DNA from: Perkinsus chesapeaki ATCC PRA-425
Lineage: Eukaryota; Protista; Perkinsozoa
Assembly (NCBI GenBank): GCA_013115145.1
Contig: JAAPAO010000173.1
Span: 1-57,885 of the forward strand
Length of the DNA: 57,885 nucleotides
Direction of reading: 5' to 3'
The notes below the pieces were generated by a model. That model did not search any database and was not told where the DNA came from. It worked only from the letters and a program-made list of their open reading frames with translations. How positions within the stretch are numbered: the stretch's first letter is position 1; every line of letters begins with the position of its first letter. The position numbers and the translations under genes were made by a program. Below, one piece after another: positions 1 through 12,930 of the stretch.

Positions 1-344
1 ATAATGTTAACCAAGGCTCAACCATACCATCAGTAACATAGAATCCGTCAACGCGCTACACGAACGCGCGCAAGGTAGTGCCTCTCCCTTACGTCTTTTA
101 GCTTATAGTTTCTTCCTCCCCCGTTCGGTAGTAGCTGAGCTATGACAAATGATTGTAGAGCATATTGTCCTCAGCAACTCGGAAGGGAAACATGAGCTGA
201 ATAAAGAAGCCGATATTTTTTGCCTGGTGCAATATTGAAGAGCCGGTTTCGGATTCTTCGTCTGAATATGTAGCACTGATCAAGACCTCATATGAACGAT
301 GGGTCAATCAATGTTCAACATTCTGCAAGGCGATCGAAAAGAAG

Positions 345-2885
345 ATGGTCGAGTTGGATGCTTGTGAGGACTACAGCAACCCTGCACTTATTCTGAGAAG
401 ATGGTCGATTCTCTTTAAGAAGGCTGGTCACTTGGAGTTTACCCGTATAGTAGAAGTAGAAGGCTTCCTCTCAGAGGAATCCTCTGCGGGAAACTCACTG
501 AGATTAAAGGTTTATCTCTCGAGTGGAACTTCCGAGCTCGGCTCTTCGAACTCATTTTGCAGAATTGCTGGATGTTTGGACCAGGGCGAAAAAGGAAAGC
601 GTAGTATCGGTTGGAAAACAACGAGCTTGAGGGAATCTACCATTTCAGGTGGTTTCCTTAGTCGCACACTATATTCACCCGGCGGATCCGGAGAACCCTT
701 CGCTCACCGGCTCCATACAGACGAAGGTGATAGGCTTCGAGACATTGCGGTCAAAGCACACAGCTGACAATATCAGCTGGCTTCTAACAAGGACTCTCAA
801 CAAAATGGGCTTGCAAGGTAAGGCGGCTCCAGCCAGGCATGATGCCCGAGACACCATGTAGATATGTATCTTTGTTCAGGTCGCATTAGCATGCACAGAC
901 TCTGGCAGCAATATGGTTAAATGCTTCTCTGATTTGATCGATTCCGGTACTATGGCCCTTCTTAAACAGTGGTTGCCTTGTGCGGCACACCGTCTACATG
1001 GCCTCGGGCTATATAAGACGAAGCGCTCCGAGAAAACTGGTATCTATGGGCATAGGACGGCAGAGGACGGCCTAGCACAAGCGGAAGAACCTCTCAAGGA
1101 AATAGATCCGAAGGAACCGACCGAGGGCGAAGACTCCACTAATGTCAACAATGACGCACTCTTGATGGAGGCGGAGGAGGGCATTGAGCAGAACGAGCCT
1201 GACTGGGGACTTGAAGGAGATGATGAGGCATTCCGTGCTGGCGTCGAGACTACAGGGCGGGTAACCCGTATTCAAGCAAGTGCTAAGCACTCGATTGACC
1301 GTGTTCGAGCACTGATTTCCCTGCTGCGCAAATCTACCACTGCCCGCGACATCATGAACGATGTGAGGGAGAAGTTCCCTCCGGCTGCTAAAGGAGGGAC
1401 CGCTTACTGCGGGGATACGGTCACCCGCTGGAATAGCACTCTAGCTATGATAAAGCAGATACTTGACTACAAGCTCCAATATGAAGAGTTTCAGCGTTCG
1501 GTGGAGTCGACATTGCCTCCAGAATCACCGGTCTACAAGGTAGTTGAGAATTGTCGGCTCAGCCACACTGATTATCGCGTCCTTCAAGCCGTGTATGATG
1601 CCCTTATACCATTCAAACTATTCAAACTACTGACTGGTTGAGTGGGTCGAAGTATCCTACCCAACCCAATCTACTCATCGCTATCGGTGCAATTAGACGG
1701 AAGCTTGAACGTGATGAACCAGATGTTCGCACGGTGAGGAACCTGGAGGATGTGCTTCTGGATCGTTTGAACCACTACTTCGCCTACTTAACTGAAAGCC
1801 ACTTCGTGAAGGCCGCCTACTATCTGAACCCTACGACTCGATCTCGCCAGCCCGCAAATGACCCGTATCACGTAAGTGAAACCTCTGACTGCGGGGAGGG
1901 GGTAGGGGGAGCATTAGAGGCCAGAACCTGAAGCGAACAACAGGTCGGGTGAATGATAGTATCATTATGATACTGCTATCACCATCCGTACCGTTAACAG
2001 ATGGGCCATAGCATACTGCTTTGAACGCCGAGTATACGACCCGACGCTGTTCGCGAGTTACTGGCTTCTAATGTCACCAGTCTATCCTGAAAGGGGTAGA
2101 CTCGACCGCAGTCTCGGTTGATGGGGAGGGATGGTGGGTTTTAATTCAATAGGCGGCGCGACCCACGCGTCTCCGCAGGGACGCGGCCGTCTATCCGACT
2201 ACTAACTTCAACATTGTTGGGAGATTACGGAGACGTTGCTTTACTAGTAGCTAGTCCTTGGCTTTGTGTTCCGATGTCCCACGACGGAGCGATCGCCCAG
2301 TCATTGTGTTATGTTGTCCCCGCGGAAGTGGTTTCACCGGCGGTAAAACCTACGGTATTACCTAGAGATGACGCGGAGGGGCGGAAGGCAACACTGAAAT
2401 GCTTGGAGACCCTCAATCTGGCAAAATGCGAAGATACAGAGAGGAGGCCCGCTGAGGAAGACTCGCAGCAGGATAAGGCGGTGGACTCTTTCGACAGCCT
2501 GATTAATGACTCTTTCGACCAGCCGGCAGATCACCAACCACACGAGATGAATGCCGAGGAGCGTTACGAGGACGAGATGATGACTATTCTCTGTGAGTAC
2601 GAGATGAGAGCGCGCAGCTTTGCTGCTCCCTCGGACAGTAGCTCCCCGCCTAAGAAAAAGACCAAGCACGCTGAGAGGGATGCCAAGTCATCCCGGTACG
2701 AGCGTTTCTGGATACGCTGCGATGACCTGTCACCTGTCAGCGAGGTCGCTAAGATTTTAGGTAGCTTGCCTTGCACAAGCGTGTCATCAGAGTCGGTGTT
2801 CAGCCTCGCAGGGTGCTTGTCTCGTCGGGAGCGTTCAAGGCTTACGGCCGACCGCCTCCGAACCTTGGTTCTGTTACGCTCTTAA
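345..2885 (+). pseudogene. hAT transposase, spliced and frameshifted
   Basis: Motifs in order: LLDVWT, VSLVAHY, KHTADNI, ACTDSGSNM, WLPCAAHRLH, DTVTRWNST, SGSKYPT, AYYLNP and the C-terminal dimerisation motif LPCTSVSSESVFSLAG..RSRL. Introns 601-648 (GT-AG) and 823-879 (GC-AG) join the frames. A short duplication near 1615-1630 shifts the frame. A further donor GTAAGT lies at about 1872. Confidence 0.85.
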
Positions 2886-2962
2886 TACTGTCAAGTTGAT
2901 GCATGATCATAAGAATTTCTTATTAAGAAGTAGTATGTTACGTTCATTCTAAGTCGGAGATC

Positions 2963-3124
2963 CCGGCTTCCCGGCCGGGAGTCCGGGAAAAACGCCGGGA
3001 CAGGAGCTCAATTCACAAAACCGGGATCTTGGCGGGCGGGACGGGGTGGTCAATTATAAGCTACCCGGACTTCGGGCCGGCCGGGATCAGCCCAGACGAA
3101 AATGCCCACCCGTGCCCAGAGCTC
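2963..3124. repeat. Subterminal CCGG/CGGG short-repeat cluster of the hAT element
   Basis: About ten CCGGG/CCCGG/CGGG copies in 160 bp just after the transposase stop, as expected for transposase-binding subterminal repeats. Confidence 0.6.
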
Positions 3125-3687
3125 GTAACCACGACTCTGGTTATGGTTCATTGATAAGTGATGTTCGAAATAAGAGTACATCACCTCAAGACGTTATTAG
3201 TAGGCTACAGAATGCAGCCCTTCAGAACAAGGATTCATCTATTGATGTTTATCTTGGGTTATATCCTGCTAAGAGCACTCCACCTACAGACGGAGGATCT
3301 CGAAAGAGAAAACCCGAAGGTCAGTTCACTAGTAACCAAAGGAGTATGGCTAAACGTCAGAAGCCAAACCCCATTGGTACTAGTAACCGCCTATCTACAG
3401 GTCTTGCCCAAGGCCCCAATATGAAGGCAAGTGATTTCTTCAAGATATCCCCTGCTGAACTTTCGTTGAGAAAGCAGCGTGGGGAGTGCTTTAAGTGTAA
3501 ACAACATGGGCACTTGGCAAGAGACTGTCCGAATACTTCTACTGAGTCTACTAAATTACGTATTTCTGACGCTTCATCTGCTTACCCATTAATTGACTTT
3601 GAGTTGTCAAGAGCTGAATCAGAAACGGGTGGTAACGAAGCAAGAATACAGTATGTAGAATCATCGGTTGACATATATCGATCATAA
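3125..3687 (+). mobile_element. LTR-retrotransposon gag C-terminal remnant with CCHC zinc knuckle
   Basis: ELSLRKQRGECFKCKQHGHLARDCP (CX2CX4HX4C at 3487-3528). No protease or RT recognisable downstream. The ORF-track start at 3046 lies inside the hAT end and is probably artefactual. Confidence 0.65.
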
Positions 3688-5013
3688 ACATTTCGAATGC
3701 AAATACTTCATTCTTCATGATACTACAATCATATTATTGATCATCATGTTGACTGGTTTCCGGTATTATTTTCTTAAAACGACCTCCTGGCGACTTCAAG
3801 CCAGTTGCGCAGTTCAAGGGTTGTTCGGCAAAACCTGCTAAGTTGATTCTAGTTCAACTGGAATAAACTCGTGCCAGTTTGTTGTCGTGGAGCGCACAAG
3901 GTGAGTCGGTGTTATAGCTAAAGCTAGGCTAAAGTCATTATGTTTGATGTATTCGATGTATAATCGAGATCCTATCTGCTCTATCTAAAGTATTGTGTTG
4001 ATACTTAGATTATACAGTTCCAGCACGATTCATGCCGGGATGTCCACCAGTTAGCATTCCTTAATTCCTTTATCGAAATGCTAACTGGATCCCATAAGCT
4101 TAGATACTCCTGCATTCGAGAAACGGTATTCTAGGGACGCAAACTGAGGTTTCGCTAATCATACCAAATGGGTAAGGAAATAAGACATATCTTTCACCAC
4201 AGTATCCTTCGATTCTGACCAAACAATCATTTTAAACTATCCATATTCAAAGGAAAGGTTCGCAGCAGAGTAAGTCACTTTGATCGCCACGGTATCGGAC
4301 TACTGCCTTAGAGGCAGTTCTTTAAGTGACTGGATCGCTGGCAATTGCACAACCCTGATTCTGGAAGAAATTCTCGAGTTTTCGCCTTCCGTCATCAACA
4401 CGTGCTCGACTCAGCAGTAGAACGATCTGTACTGTCTTCCCTTGTGTGGGTATGACTCATGAGTCATCACTATTGGCTTATATTTTAACGTTACTCTTGC
4501 AGCTTCAGTACCAATTATTTTACAATTATTTCAACGTTATTACTAATAACGTTGTTGCTATCATTATTTTACATCCTTGGTAAGATACGCGGTGTTTCAT
4601 TACACTATCACTAATCACAAAAGCGTCATAACGATGATGACGAACAGTACATAAGTACAACTGATGACTGAGTGTTTGTAATCACCAGAACTCGACACTG
4701 GTGGATTCATAGAGCCTTAACTATCAACATATACACGTCAAAGGGTACCACTAGCGAAAGGAGACACTCGGATCGTGTACTTGCACAATCACAGTGTTGT
4801 GCTGTAGCAGCATAGCATGAAGGTTGTTGCTAAGGTTATTCACGTCTGTCGCAAGTACTGACTTAATATTAATTGACATTTATCAATGAACCCATCCAAG
4901 TTTGTGAAGGAGAAACTGGGCAAATTGAAACAAGTAATGTATAGATGAGGTCAGGATGAAGATTTGGTACGCTGGTCCTAACAAAAGAGACAACTCTTGC
5001 ACGCACGCGCAAC

Positions 5014-7679
5014 TCAACTTACTTGTAAGACTTGTTTTAGTTCTAGGCTGTCAGCAACGGCATGGCAAAACTCATACGTACCCAACATAATTGCGCACCC
5101 TGGGATGACCTGAAAGTAGCCTCATTCGTATCTTTCACGCTTCAACCTATGATACCTTCAGCAGTCGCGGTCCCAAGCCAACAGTAAATCCGCGAAGACG
5201 ATACTCCTTAAAAATCGCCACCATAGCGGATCCTGTCGTATGAATCCTAAAAGCCATACCATTCCACTCATCCTTCTCACTGTAAAAAGCGCGCGCCCGG
5301 ATGATCGATTTATCCTACGGTGAGCTCCGTATCGACTTAGATATTGTGTGATATAAATTCGTTTGATGACATGTCCGTCCAATCGAAATGTTCCTCTCCT
5401 TCCATCCCACCTCCGCAACCGACCAGCTACACAGGGGCACCCCAAATCGATCAACTGGGCGCGCTTCTTCACTCACCGTTTTGCCAAGTTGGTTTGTTGC
5501 TTATTGGGCCGACTGGCGGTCTGAAGCTGTGTCTTGACCATATCAAATGGATGTGTTGCAGCAGCTGCAATGGTGCCGCAAACTGCGCCGTTAAGGAAGG
5601 AAAACCCAAAAGTTTCAAGCCAAGTTGCGGGTTGGTTAACCTGAAACAAGTACCAAATATTTTCCGAGGAAAGTGTCCGTAATATAGCCAATGGTAGAAA
5701 TATCGATCCTGGGAATCGAACCCTCGCTGGCTGTAGGAGATGCTCAGATCAAGCCAACGAAGAGGAACATCAGCAACTATTCCCCGTTGTGAAATGTTTT
5801 CTAGCAGACTTCCTTTCATATCCCCGCTCGTGTTGCCGTCGCGCCACATGTATCCCGTCTTGCGAGAACGATCGATTCCCCGAATCTTTCAAAACAGGTG
5901 TCATAAAACAAGCTGAATTCTCCAAAGCAATGACTTCAGTAGTATATTTTTTGTTATGATCTTTCGACGACGCGCTTTTACTAAATCGACTTGATATTTT
6001 TCCAATTATACTTAACGATCAGAGAGTCACTTGCCTTCACAAATGCGTTCTTCGGAGATTGAAGTCTTCCTAGTGCTGAGATATAATGTAAATTCAATAC
6101 CTCTGGTGGAAATGCACAGATACCGCGCTACTTGCAGAGTCGCTAAGATTCCACGTGCTCAGTAACTACAATGTGGATTTGACCTTGGGTGACCAAACTT
6201 GCGCGATCGCCCTTCTTCCAGGTTGTCTGCGATATTATATACTCCAGCATGGTCATCTCAATTGGTCATGCTCTCCAAAACCCGCATGACCGTCGTGCTT
6301 TGGAAAATACTCAAATAGACTAGAGAACAGCCTTCTTACTCGCTTCATAACGATAGTGTAGGCATCAAAGGTCTTCCCAATTTAACCCCACAAATATCCT
6401 TCCCAATTTAACCTTTGAAGTATCTTTCCCTATTCAACCTCTAAAGTATCTTTCCCTATTTAACCTCTAAAGTATCTTTCCCTATTTAACCTCTAAAGTA
6501 TCTTTCCGCATTTAACCTCTAAAGTAGCGTTCCCCATTTAACCTCTAAAGTATCCTTCCCTATTTAACCTCTAAAGTATCTTTCCCTCACTACATTAGCC
6601 TGCTTCTCAGCCAGTTCCAGCAGTTCTTCATTATTAGCATACCTCGCCGCTCCACGCCGTTCCACGTGTTCCGGGAGGAATATCTTTTTATTGTACTCGT
6701 AGAGTGACCAATAAATTGCAGAAAATGGCAAGTCCCTGGGGAAGAACAGAAACCATCAAATGGAGTCGCGCACTACCAGCTCGCGGATGTAATACGAAAA
6801 TATACAATGGAAAATGACCGAAAGGTGATCAGTTAGAATCAAGAAAAGTTTACTTTCTATAGGCTCAAACAAACGAAGCGGTGGAGGGACTCATGGTAAT
6901 GTGAGGGGCGATAAGCTGTCATTTAAAAGTTACGAAACTGCTCAAGATTCGGAGTGAAATACTAAAGCTTCGTCCGCTGCGAAATTTAATCTCTATTATA
7001 TTCCACAAGAAGCAAGGTTGAAGCTAAGATATCCTTACTACCTAACCAATGTGGGTAGCAATCCACGCCAGAGACTTGAAAAGGAGTCTTCTCGTAGAAC
7101 TCGCTTAACCGTCGCAATGGCACCCTCGCCCATTCCAGTTGTCGCTTGTACACGCGTACGCAGAAACTCCACTGGAGAGGAAATTATTTCATTTGTGAAA
7201 GTGAAGACTTACAAGGAGAAAACAAAGTAACAGCGGTGGCCCGTGCGGCCGCACTGGCTACTCCATCGGGGACTTTTTCGCGCCAGTGCTCATAGAGCAC
7301 GAAAAAGGTCTGAGGAATATGTTAGGTTGAAGCCTGCAAGATGCAAAATAGGTTGTGTACCCAGTTAGACGGTATTTGGTATACTAGGCTTGTGACTGTC
7401 CCGTTCCATAAGGCTCGCCAACCGTAAGTGCTTTTAATATGTCGCATCACCTGCAAGCCGGTAGTATTCGTTCGCTGATGATTCAGAGCCGGCGAGGCCT
7501 AAAAATATCTTAGCTCCATCCAAGTAAGATAAAGAGCAGGTTAGATCGAGATGCCCTACCTGCCAGTAGTTCTTGACTACATCAAAGGGAGTACAAACAG
7601 CCGTGACGGCAACCGATCCCATTGTAGAGGCCACCATTGTGTACCAGAAGGTCGCCTTTTCGCCATCTGGCACACTCAT
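5014..7679 (-). CDS. Mitochondrial carrier (SLC25A39/40, MTM1-like), multi-exon
   Basis: Three carrier signatures PFDVVK, PLEFLR and PFDMVK, plus WRALWNG, LWRGLLPTLVR and GLGPRLLK-VIPGCAIMLGTYE. ATG at 7679. Introns resolved at 7499-7559, about 7310-7360, about 7166-7206, 5427-5476, 5280-5318 and 5110-5155. The segment between about 5640 and 7040 is unresolved and the last exon may extend past 5014. Confidence 0.9.
6375..6587. repeat. 26-bp minisatellite (AGTATCTTTCCCTATTTAACCTCTAA)n in a carrier intron
   Basis: About 7-8 tandem copies read directly from the sequence. Confidence 0.9.
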
Positions 7680-8348
7680 CTTACAAGGCAACAACGCAAA
7701 CCATAGTTCTAAGGACACCAGAGAAAAAATACGGAAAAAATATCATCACCAGGGATCGAACCCGCGGGTAGAGGAAGACGGGGCGATAACCAGAAATTCT
7801 TCGGCGAAGACGAATTTTAATGAGCGAAATTTCATTTCCAAAAAACCGTCTCTGGGTAAGTATTTGACTGAGCGCATCTTAGCTCGACCCATGCAAGATA
7901 CGCAAAAGCTTCACAGGAACGGTACATTGCGTATCTCACATACGATATGTGTGCCGACTTGTTCTTGCATTTCAGGTCAATAATGAAATATGAAATCTAT
8001 CTCTAGAGCCCAATATAGGTGCAGCAATTGCTTCATTATCGAAGCGTGTATGAACTCGCTCCTCACACCACAGTCGGCACTAGCTAGTTTGTTAACTTGA
8101 GCTCCCTACCGAGTGACTCGGTCCGATTCGGTAATCCCGACATACAATTCATCAGAATATCCTTTTTATGCTCGAGGAAGCGCTTGATAATTAATGCGAC
8201 GAGAAGTGAAGTCAATCGTCTGTTTTTGCATTCTCTCGACTTCCTTTCGCAAATTGAAACATATGAGATGTTAATGAGTCCACTTCTGCTGCCCAATAAA
8301 GCCTTTGACTTGTTAATATTGATCAACCTACTCAAAGTTAGACACTCC

Positions 8349-9503
8349 ATGTTCAAACTCGCACTCTTCTTAAGCACCCTTATCGGTATTACTCACACCA
8401 GGGCCACGGAAGGAGACATGATGAGTACCGATGAAGATAGCATTTCAACAGCGTCCAAGGAATCCTATGTCTCTCTGACCACTGATGAGTTTGCGGATAG
8501 AATGGCGAGTCTTTATGCCGACAACTTCTTGAAGTTCTACAAACCTCCCGAAGACGAAGTCGACGCGCAATCATTTATGTCCAAGGGACTCTACCGCTCT
8601 ATCGGAGACAAAGTCAGCGGCACAGGAAGATCCGCTGTCAGAATCGAGAAACACTCTGAGTTAGCCAAAGTCTTCTGCAATTACGGCGCTGAAGAGCACG
8701 GTAAACGGCCATACCCGCCTGGAGTGCAGGCAAAGGCTTTATGCCTGAGCAAGATACCTGATGGAGACTTTACTGAAATATTCTTGCACGACTTCGAAGA
8801 GAGAACTACCGAGACATGTCAAGTTTTCACATTCACGCCGTTGCATGTGAGCAGCAGGCTTGGAACGGCCAGAGAGTATTCTAGAAAGGAGATCCGAGAA
8901 GCTTGGAAAGCGAGCTTCAAGAAAGTGCTGTCGAAGACAAACGCTCGTTGGCAGTTCAACCAAGACGCTGGAGAAGACTTCCTAAAATTCACGCACTTGA
9001 TTTTCGGCGACTGCAACATCAAGCTCGGGTTTTTCAACCCGCAGGTGTCCGCCCTCTACATGGACCCAGTTAAGAATGATAAGTTCTCCATTGCATTCTT
9101 CGTGGAGGCAGAGGCCTCCCCCGTTGATGTCACGTTCGCTAGGATCTCCCCGATCCAATACGGTGGATCGAGCAAAATGTATACCAGTGAAAATCCGAAG
9201 TTACATATCGACGTCAAAAGAGACGGAAGATTCTGGAGGGCGACGATGTATTCTGAGAACGTACCGATAAAGCACCGTGGCTCGCGGAGAGGTGTCATGC
9301 TCTTGCATTCCAAGCCAGACGCTTCACATGTGTACAGGATTAAAAGTGTATACGACACTCGTGGGAGCGAGTCCATGGACCAGATGTTCTTCTACTATCT
9401 TTTCGATAATGCTAAAGTCCAGTATGCAATGATGAGATATAAAGCAAAATGGGCTATATTAGATGAGAACGAGCTACTAAAGTCATATGAAACCACAGTT
9501 TAA
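8349..9503 (+). CDS. Secreted lineage-specific protein, paralogue 1 (384 aa, single exon)
   Basis: Signal-peptide-like MFKLALFLSTLIGITHTRA at ATG 8349; the ORF-track start at 8097 is an upstream extension. Clearly homologous to 12931-14367 (VFCNY..ALCL..F.TFTP..ARWQ..KF.H.I.G.C.I..AMM.Y..K.AIL). Confidence 0.85.
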   Translation: MFKLALFLSTLIGITHTRATEGDMMSTDEDSISTASKESYVSLTTDEFADRMASLYADNFLKFYKPPEDEVDAQSFMSKGLYRSIGDKVSGTGRSAVRIEKHSELAKVFCNYGAEEHGKRPYPPGVQAKALCLSKIPDGDFTEIFLHDFEERTTETCQVFTFTPLHVSSRLGTAREYSRKEIREAWKASFKKVLSKTNARWQFNQDAGEDFLKFTHLIFGDCNIKLGFFNPQVSALYMDPVKNDKFSIAFFVEAEASPVDVTFARISPIQYGGSSKMYTSENPKLHIDVKRDGRFWRATMYSENVPIKHRGSRRGVMLLHSKPDASHVYRIKSVYDTRGSESMDQMFFYYLFDNAKVQYAMMRYKAKWAILDENELLKSYETTV

Positions 9504-10052
9504 GTATGTCTCTTTGTCGGTTGACCGTCGTGTGTGTTTTATGATGTTGTTGTTAAGAATGATGTCTTCAATATTATTCATTCGTATTGAGTTGAACCAA
9601 GTCAGATTAATCCTCGTTTCACCATCCCCATACTTTCCCATACTTCATACTCATATACTACTCAAGCAGAGTGGCTCTACTAATAGCCGAATTTACGGTT
9701 CGCGTGTTCTGGGTTAAATTCGGGCTTAATTTATAAAGTAAACTAAGTTCGAGTTCAAATACGTTAAACATTCAAAGTTGCTCTAAGCCCGTTGGCTTTG
9801 CTATCCTGAGTGTCATGCTCCAAGGCGAAGAAACTTGTTTACCAAGTGTGCGACTCCATAACACCACTCTCATAGGCTCACCAAGAAACTCCCTTAAAGG
9901 AAGGCTTACGACTAATGATGAATATTTAGGCTGTTCAAATGTCCCAAAGACTTGCGCAGTAACAATAACATCTCAACAAACTGGCTAAAGATCAGAGACA
10001 TTCAGCAAATGGTATCGCGCCCGCGAAGTCATCTGGTCACTATCATCAAACT

Positions 10053-10623
10053 TCACTTATAAAGGCACACCCAGCCAAAGGTGGTTTGTTTGCACCAGGT
10101 GTCACCAGGACAGACCTCGAAGATCTGAAAAGGAGTTGTATTCACCCAGTCCACCCAATCGGACTTTTTCCGTAGACGCTGTCTGATGCGCAAGAAATAT
10201 GATATACGCCGAAAACTGTCAGAAAACACTGACATGTATCGCTGGGAATATTTCTGATAACTATAAAAGTACTCTGAAGCGAAGGCGGCAGATGGAAACT
10301 TGAAGGAATCCGAAGGTCGTCAGGAACTTGCAATTCGCCCGATGCTAAGGAGACTAAGAATAAGAGAGACACTACGCGAAAGGTGGTAGCAGATGTTCTG
10401 ATGCAGAACACCGTGAGTCGCTATGGACTTACTGAAGCACAGCCGAGCATACACTTTTCATCACTGCAGAACGATTTGATAGCTTTCCCCCCCGGGCTTG
10501 GGGGGCAGTCCTTCGTAGCCTCGCAATGAGGTACGCACATACGACTACGCAGCTGAGAAAGCAGACGATTTCAGGAAGAAAAATGATCCAGAGGTTGAAA
10601 AACGTAAAGAGATCATGGTACAA
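10053..10623 (-). CDS. Putative multi-pass membrane protein, spliced, partial model
   Basis: Hydrophobic segments LWIIFLPEIVCFLSCVVVCAYLIA and RVVSLLFLVSLAS join in frame through a GTAAGT..CATCAG intron at about 10397-10431. 5' extent and family are unknown. Confidence 0.35.
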
Positions 10624-11946
10624 TCGAAAGCCTTCCGACGAAAGCAGGACATTGTAGATCTACGCGAAATCAGTCCTCCTGAAACAACATCTTAAGTATC
10701 TAATACTAGACGTTTTTTATGAGCATCAGCTTATGTAGACTCTTAGACCAGTTGGATAGAGCAGGCTTCGAGCCTTAAAGTTCGAAGCTCATTGCTAAAA
10801 TGTGTTTTCGGGTTGCGTCCTGGGCATGGACGCTGGAAGCGAACAAAGCGAACGGCAGACAGTAGCTGTGCACATCTCACATCTGTAATGACTAGTGTGG
10901 TGTTTCCTGGACAATGACAATTCACAAGCTTGTCATCGACGATCTTATCGCAGCCTCCGATCGGCTTCGAGTAAGCTGAATATAATTATACCAATTCATC
11001 GCGCTCTTCAAGCATTACGTTGTGCCAAGACGTCGTAAAGTAAGATGGTGATGAAAGTGATAATTTTCATGGGGGGGGGCACAACTGACAACAGAAAGCA
11101 CTTTTTTCGAGTATTGATGAAGCATCAGCGATGCTGGTCGCTGGCAGTCGTGACCGATTATCGGTCACCGTAGAGTCACGTGCTGTGGTAGTGTGACAGT
11201 CACTACTTCGCGAGCGAACATGTAGGCTACTGCTGTTCCGCGGAACTGCGTACAACTTACACGAATGTGCAAGACAACCACAAGCGATACTTGCGGTTAA
11301 AGAATGGAGGAGTATAGCGTTCCTTGAGCTGATTAAAACCGACCGCCAGATCCGAACACACGCAGTGAGGGGATCGTCGAGATGAAACGGTTGCTGAGGG
11401 TAGCTCTTACGAGCAAAAGTCAGAAGCAGGTTTCAAAAAACAACTGCCTGGAAGAATATGACAGACAGTCATTGACTCTATACTGGTAAGCGAACAAACA
11501 GAATCGTTACATCGTGAATTACATGGAACAAATGGATTCAGTTATAAGCACGCATGGTCTTAGCTCTAGCACGGGGAGATCTGAAGATTGAGCCGGGCTG
11601 TACGTGTGGTAGCAGCATTTTGCTAGTGGTTTGTGTAGTCACATGCCTGCTATGTTTTATGTAAGCCTATCTCTTCCGCCCCGTATAGCTGCGAGCTTTT
11701 TCTACATTTCTGTCCTGGTCTAGTCGGAGACCTCGCAACGGAGTCCGCGACTCGAAAACTCCCCTGCTCGCAGTTGGAGCCCTTCGATGTCCGGCTTCTT
11801 GTCAAAACTTGTAGACGAGGCCGTGAGGCTACTGATCGCTCCTCGGGTAAAAGCCCTGGAGATAGTGCGGCACTAATAGTGCCTAGTTTCTCCAAGTTGG
11901 AGGTTTCAACCGTTTTCTGCTCTTGAGACTAGTTACATTCGTTTTT

Positions 11947-12059
11947 GGTGAACCCTACTGTGACAGTAACAGTATAGGTAACTCTCGCTCGGAAGCTGCA
12001 CATAGAATGGACAGTCTAACTTAGCCAATTTCGGCGTTGGACTATAAACTCACACACAC
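11947..12059 (+). repeat. Dispersed ~110-bp CA-tailed repeat, copy 1
   Basis: GGTGAACC..GCACATAGAATGGACAGTCTAACTTAGCC..GGCGTTGGACTATAAACTCACACACAC; homologous to 15461, 20426 and 21242. Confidence 0.8.
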
Positions 12060-12930
12060 CAACCGTTGAGGTGAACTAACTCAGATTAACCTTATTTGTA
12101 ATACACCCTGCCCTTTCCTGTCATTCTGAACCATCTACCATACGACTCTACTCGGTGGCCCTCCGAATTCCCGCTGTTATAACAGCAGCAGTCAGTTCTC
12201 GGCTCGTTAGAGGTTCTAACGGAAAATTCCTCCCGTCTTCTATGTATCAAAATTCGCCGGGTGCGTAACATACAGCATCTGTTGCGATAACTAACTAAAG
12301 CCTCTCCCGGTTGAGAAAAGAAAGCTTATGCTTTTGAAAAGCCCAGGCCGCTGTGTCTGTTAGCAAATGTGAAGTATCTTCATGGGTACCTGAATAAGAG
12401 TCTTATTATAAGACGCATTATTAGTCATAATACGAAACTCATAATGAGTTGCACGTGTCCACTACTTTCCATTTTTCCGAAGTCTTTGAGTTTTTTCATA
12501 ACTTACATCGATTTTCATGCCCGATTAAGTCGCTTATATGTACCGTTGCTAACTCTAACCATCTTCTCTCGGGGGTGCCCGACAGCCTGGCCGTCTGTGG
12601 CCGCCAGCCACCGGCCGCGCTCCGGTCGAGTGGGCTTGTAACGTGACGAGACGCCGATAATCGATTATGATGCCGGCGAGATTTCACTGAGCGAAATTAC
12701 ACTTCCAGGCTAGACGTCTCTCGGGGTATTTTAAAGTTGTTGGTATCTTAGGTTGAACCGCGCTGTGATTCTACGTAAGGTCTCATCCTATACTTTGTAT
12801 AACTTTTCTTGACCCTTTTACTTTGACTTTTTGATCATCTCTGTGAGTGGACTTTGGCATTTCCGGGAGTTTAAGTTGTTTCCCTTGGGATTGAGTATGC
12901 TCTCAGTGATACCGTTTTCATTAGCTTTAC

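Larger units (their letters stand above)
1..3124 (+). mobile_element. hAT-superfamily DNA transposon, decayed; left end lies outside the window
   Basis: Transposase motifs across 345-2885, followed by a CCGG/CGGG-rich subterminal block (2963-3090) and a candidate right terminus CCCGTGCCCAGAGCTC (3109-3124). The TIR and TSD cannot be confirmed without the left end. Confidence 0.8.

Noticed and set aside
1892-1912. G-quadruplex in the hAT intron
   Set aside because: Only three G-runs, not enough for a canonical intramolecular G4.
4452-4467. 16-bp perfect palindrome ATGACTCATGAGTCAT
   Set aside because: Single occurrence with no associated feature, so chance cannot be excluded.
7005-7045. Reading GATATCTTAGCTTCAACC as the missing carrier segment after LVR (DILASTL..)
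   Set aside because: It would need a 7-nt skip and ends in a stop. The sequence is better explained as a partial family A copy at the start of an intron.
8097-8348. N-terminal 84 aa of ORF 8097
   Set aside because: The signal peptide and the paralogue comparison place the start at ATG 8349.
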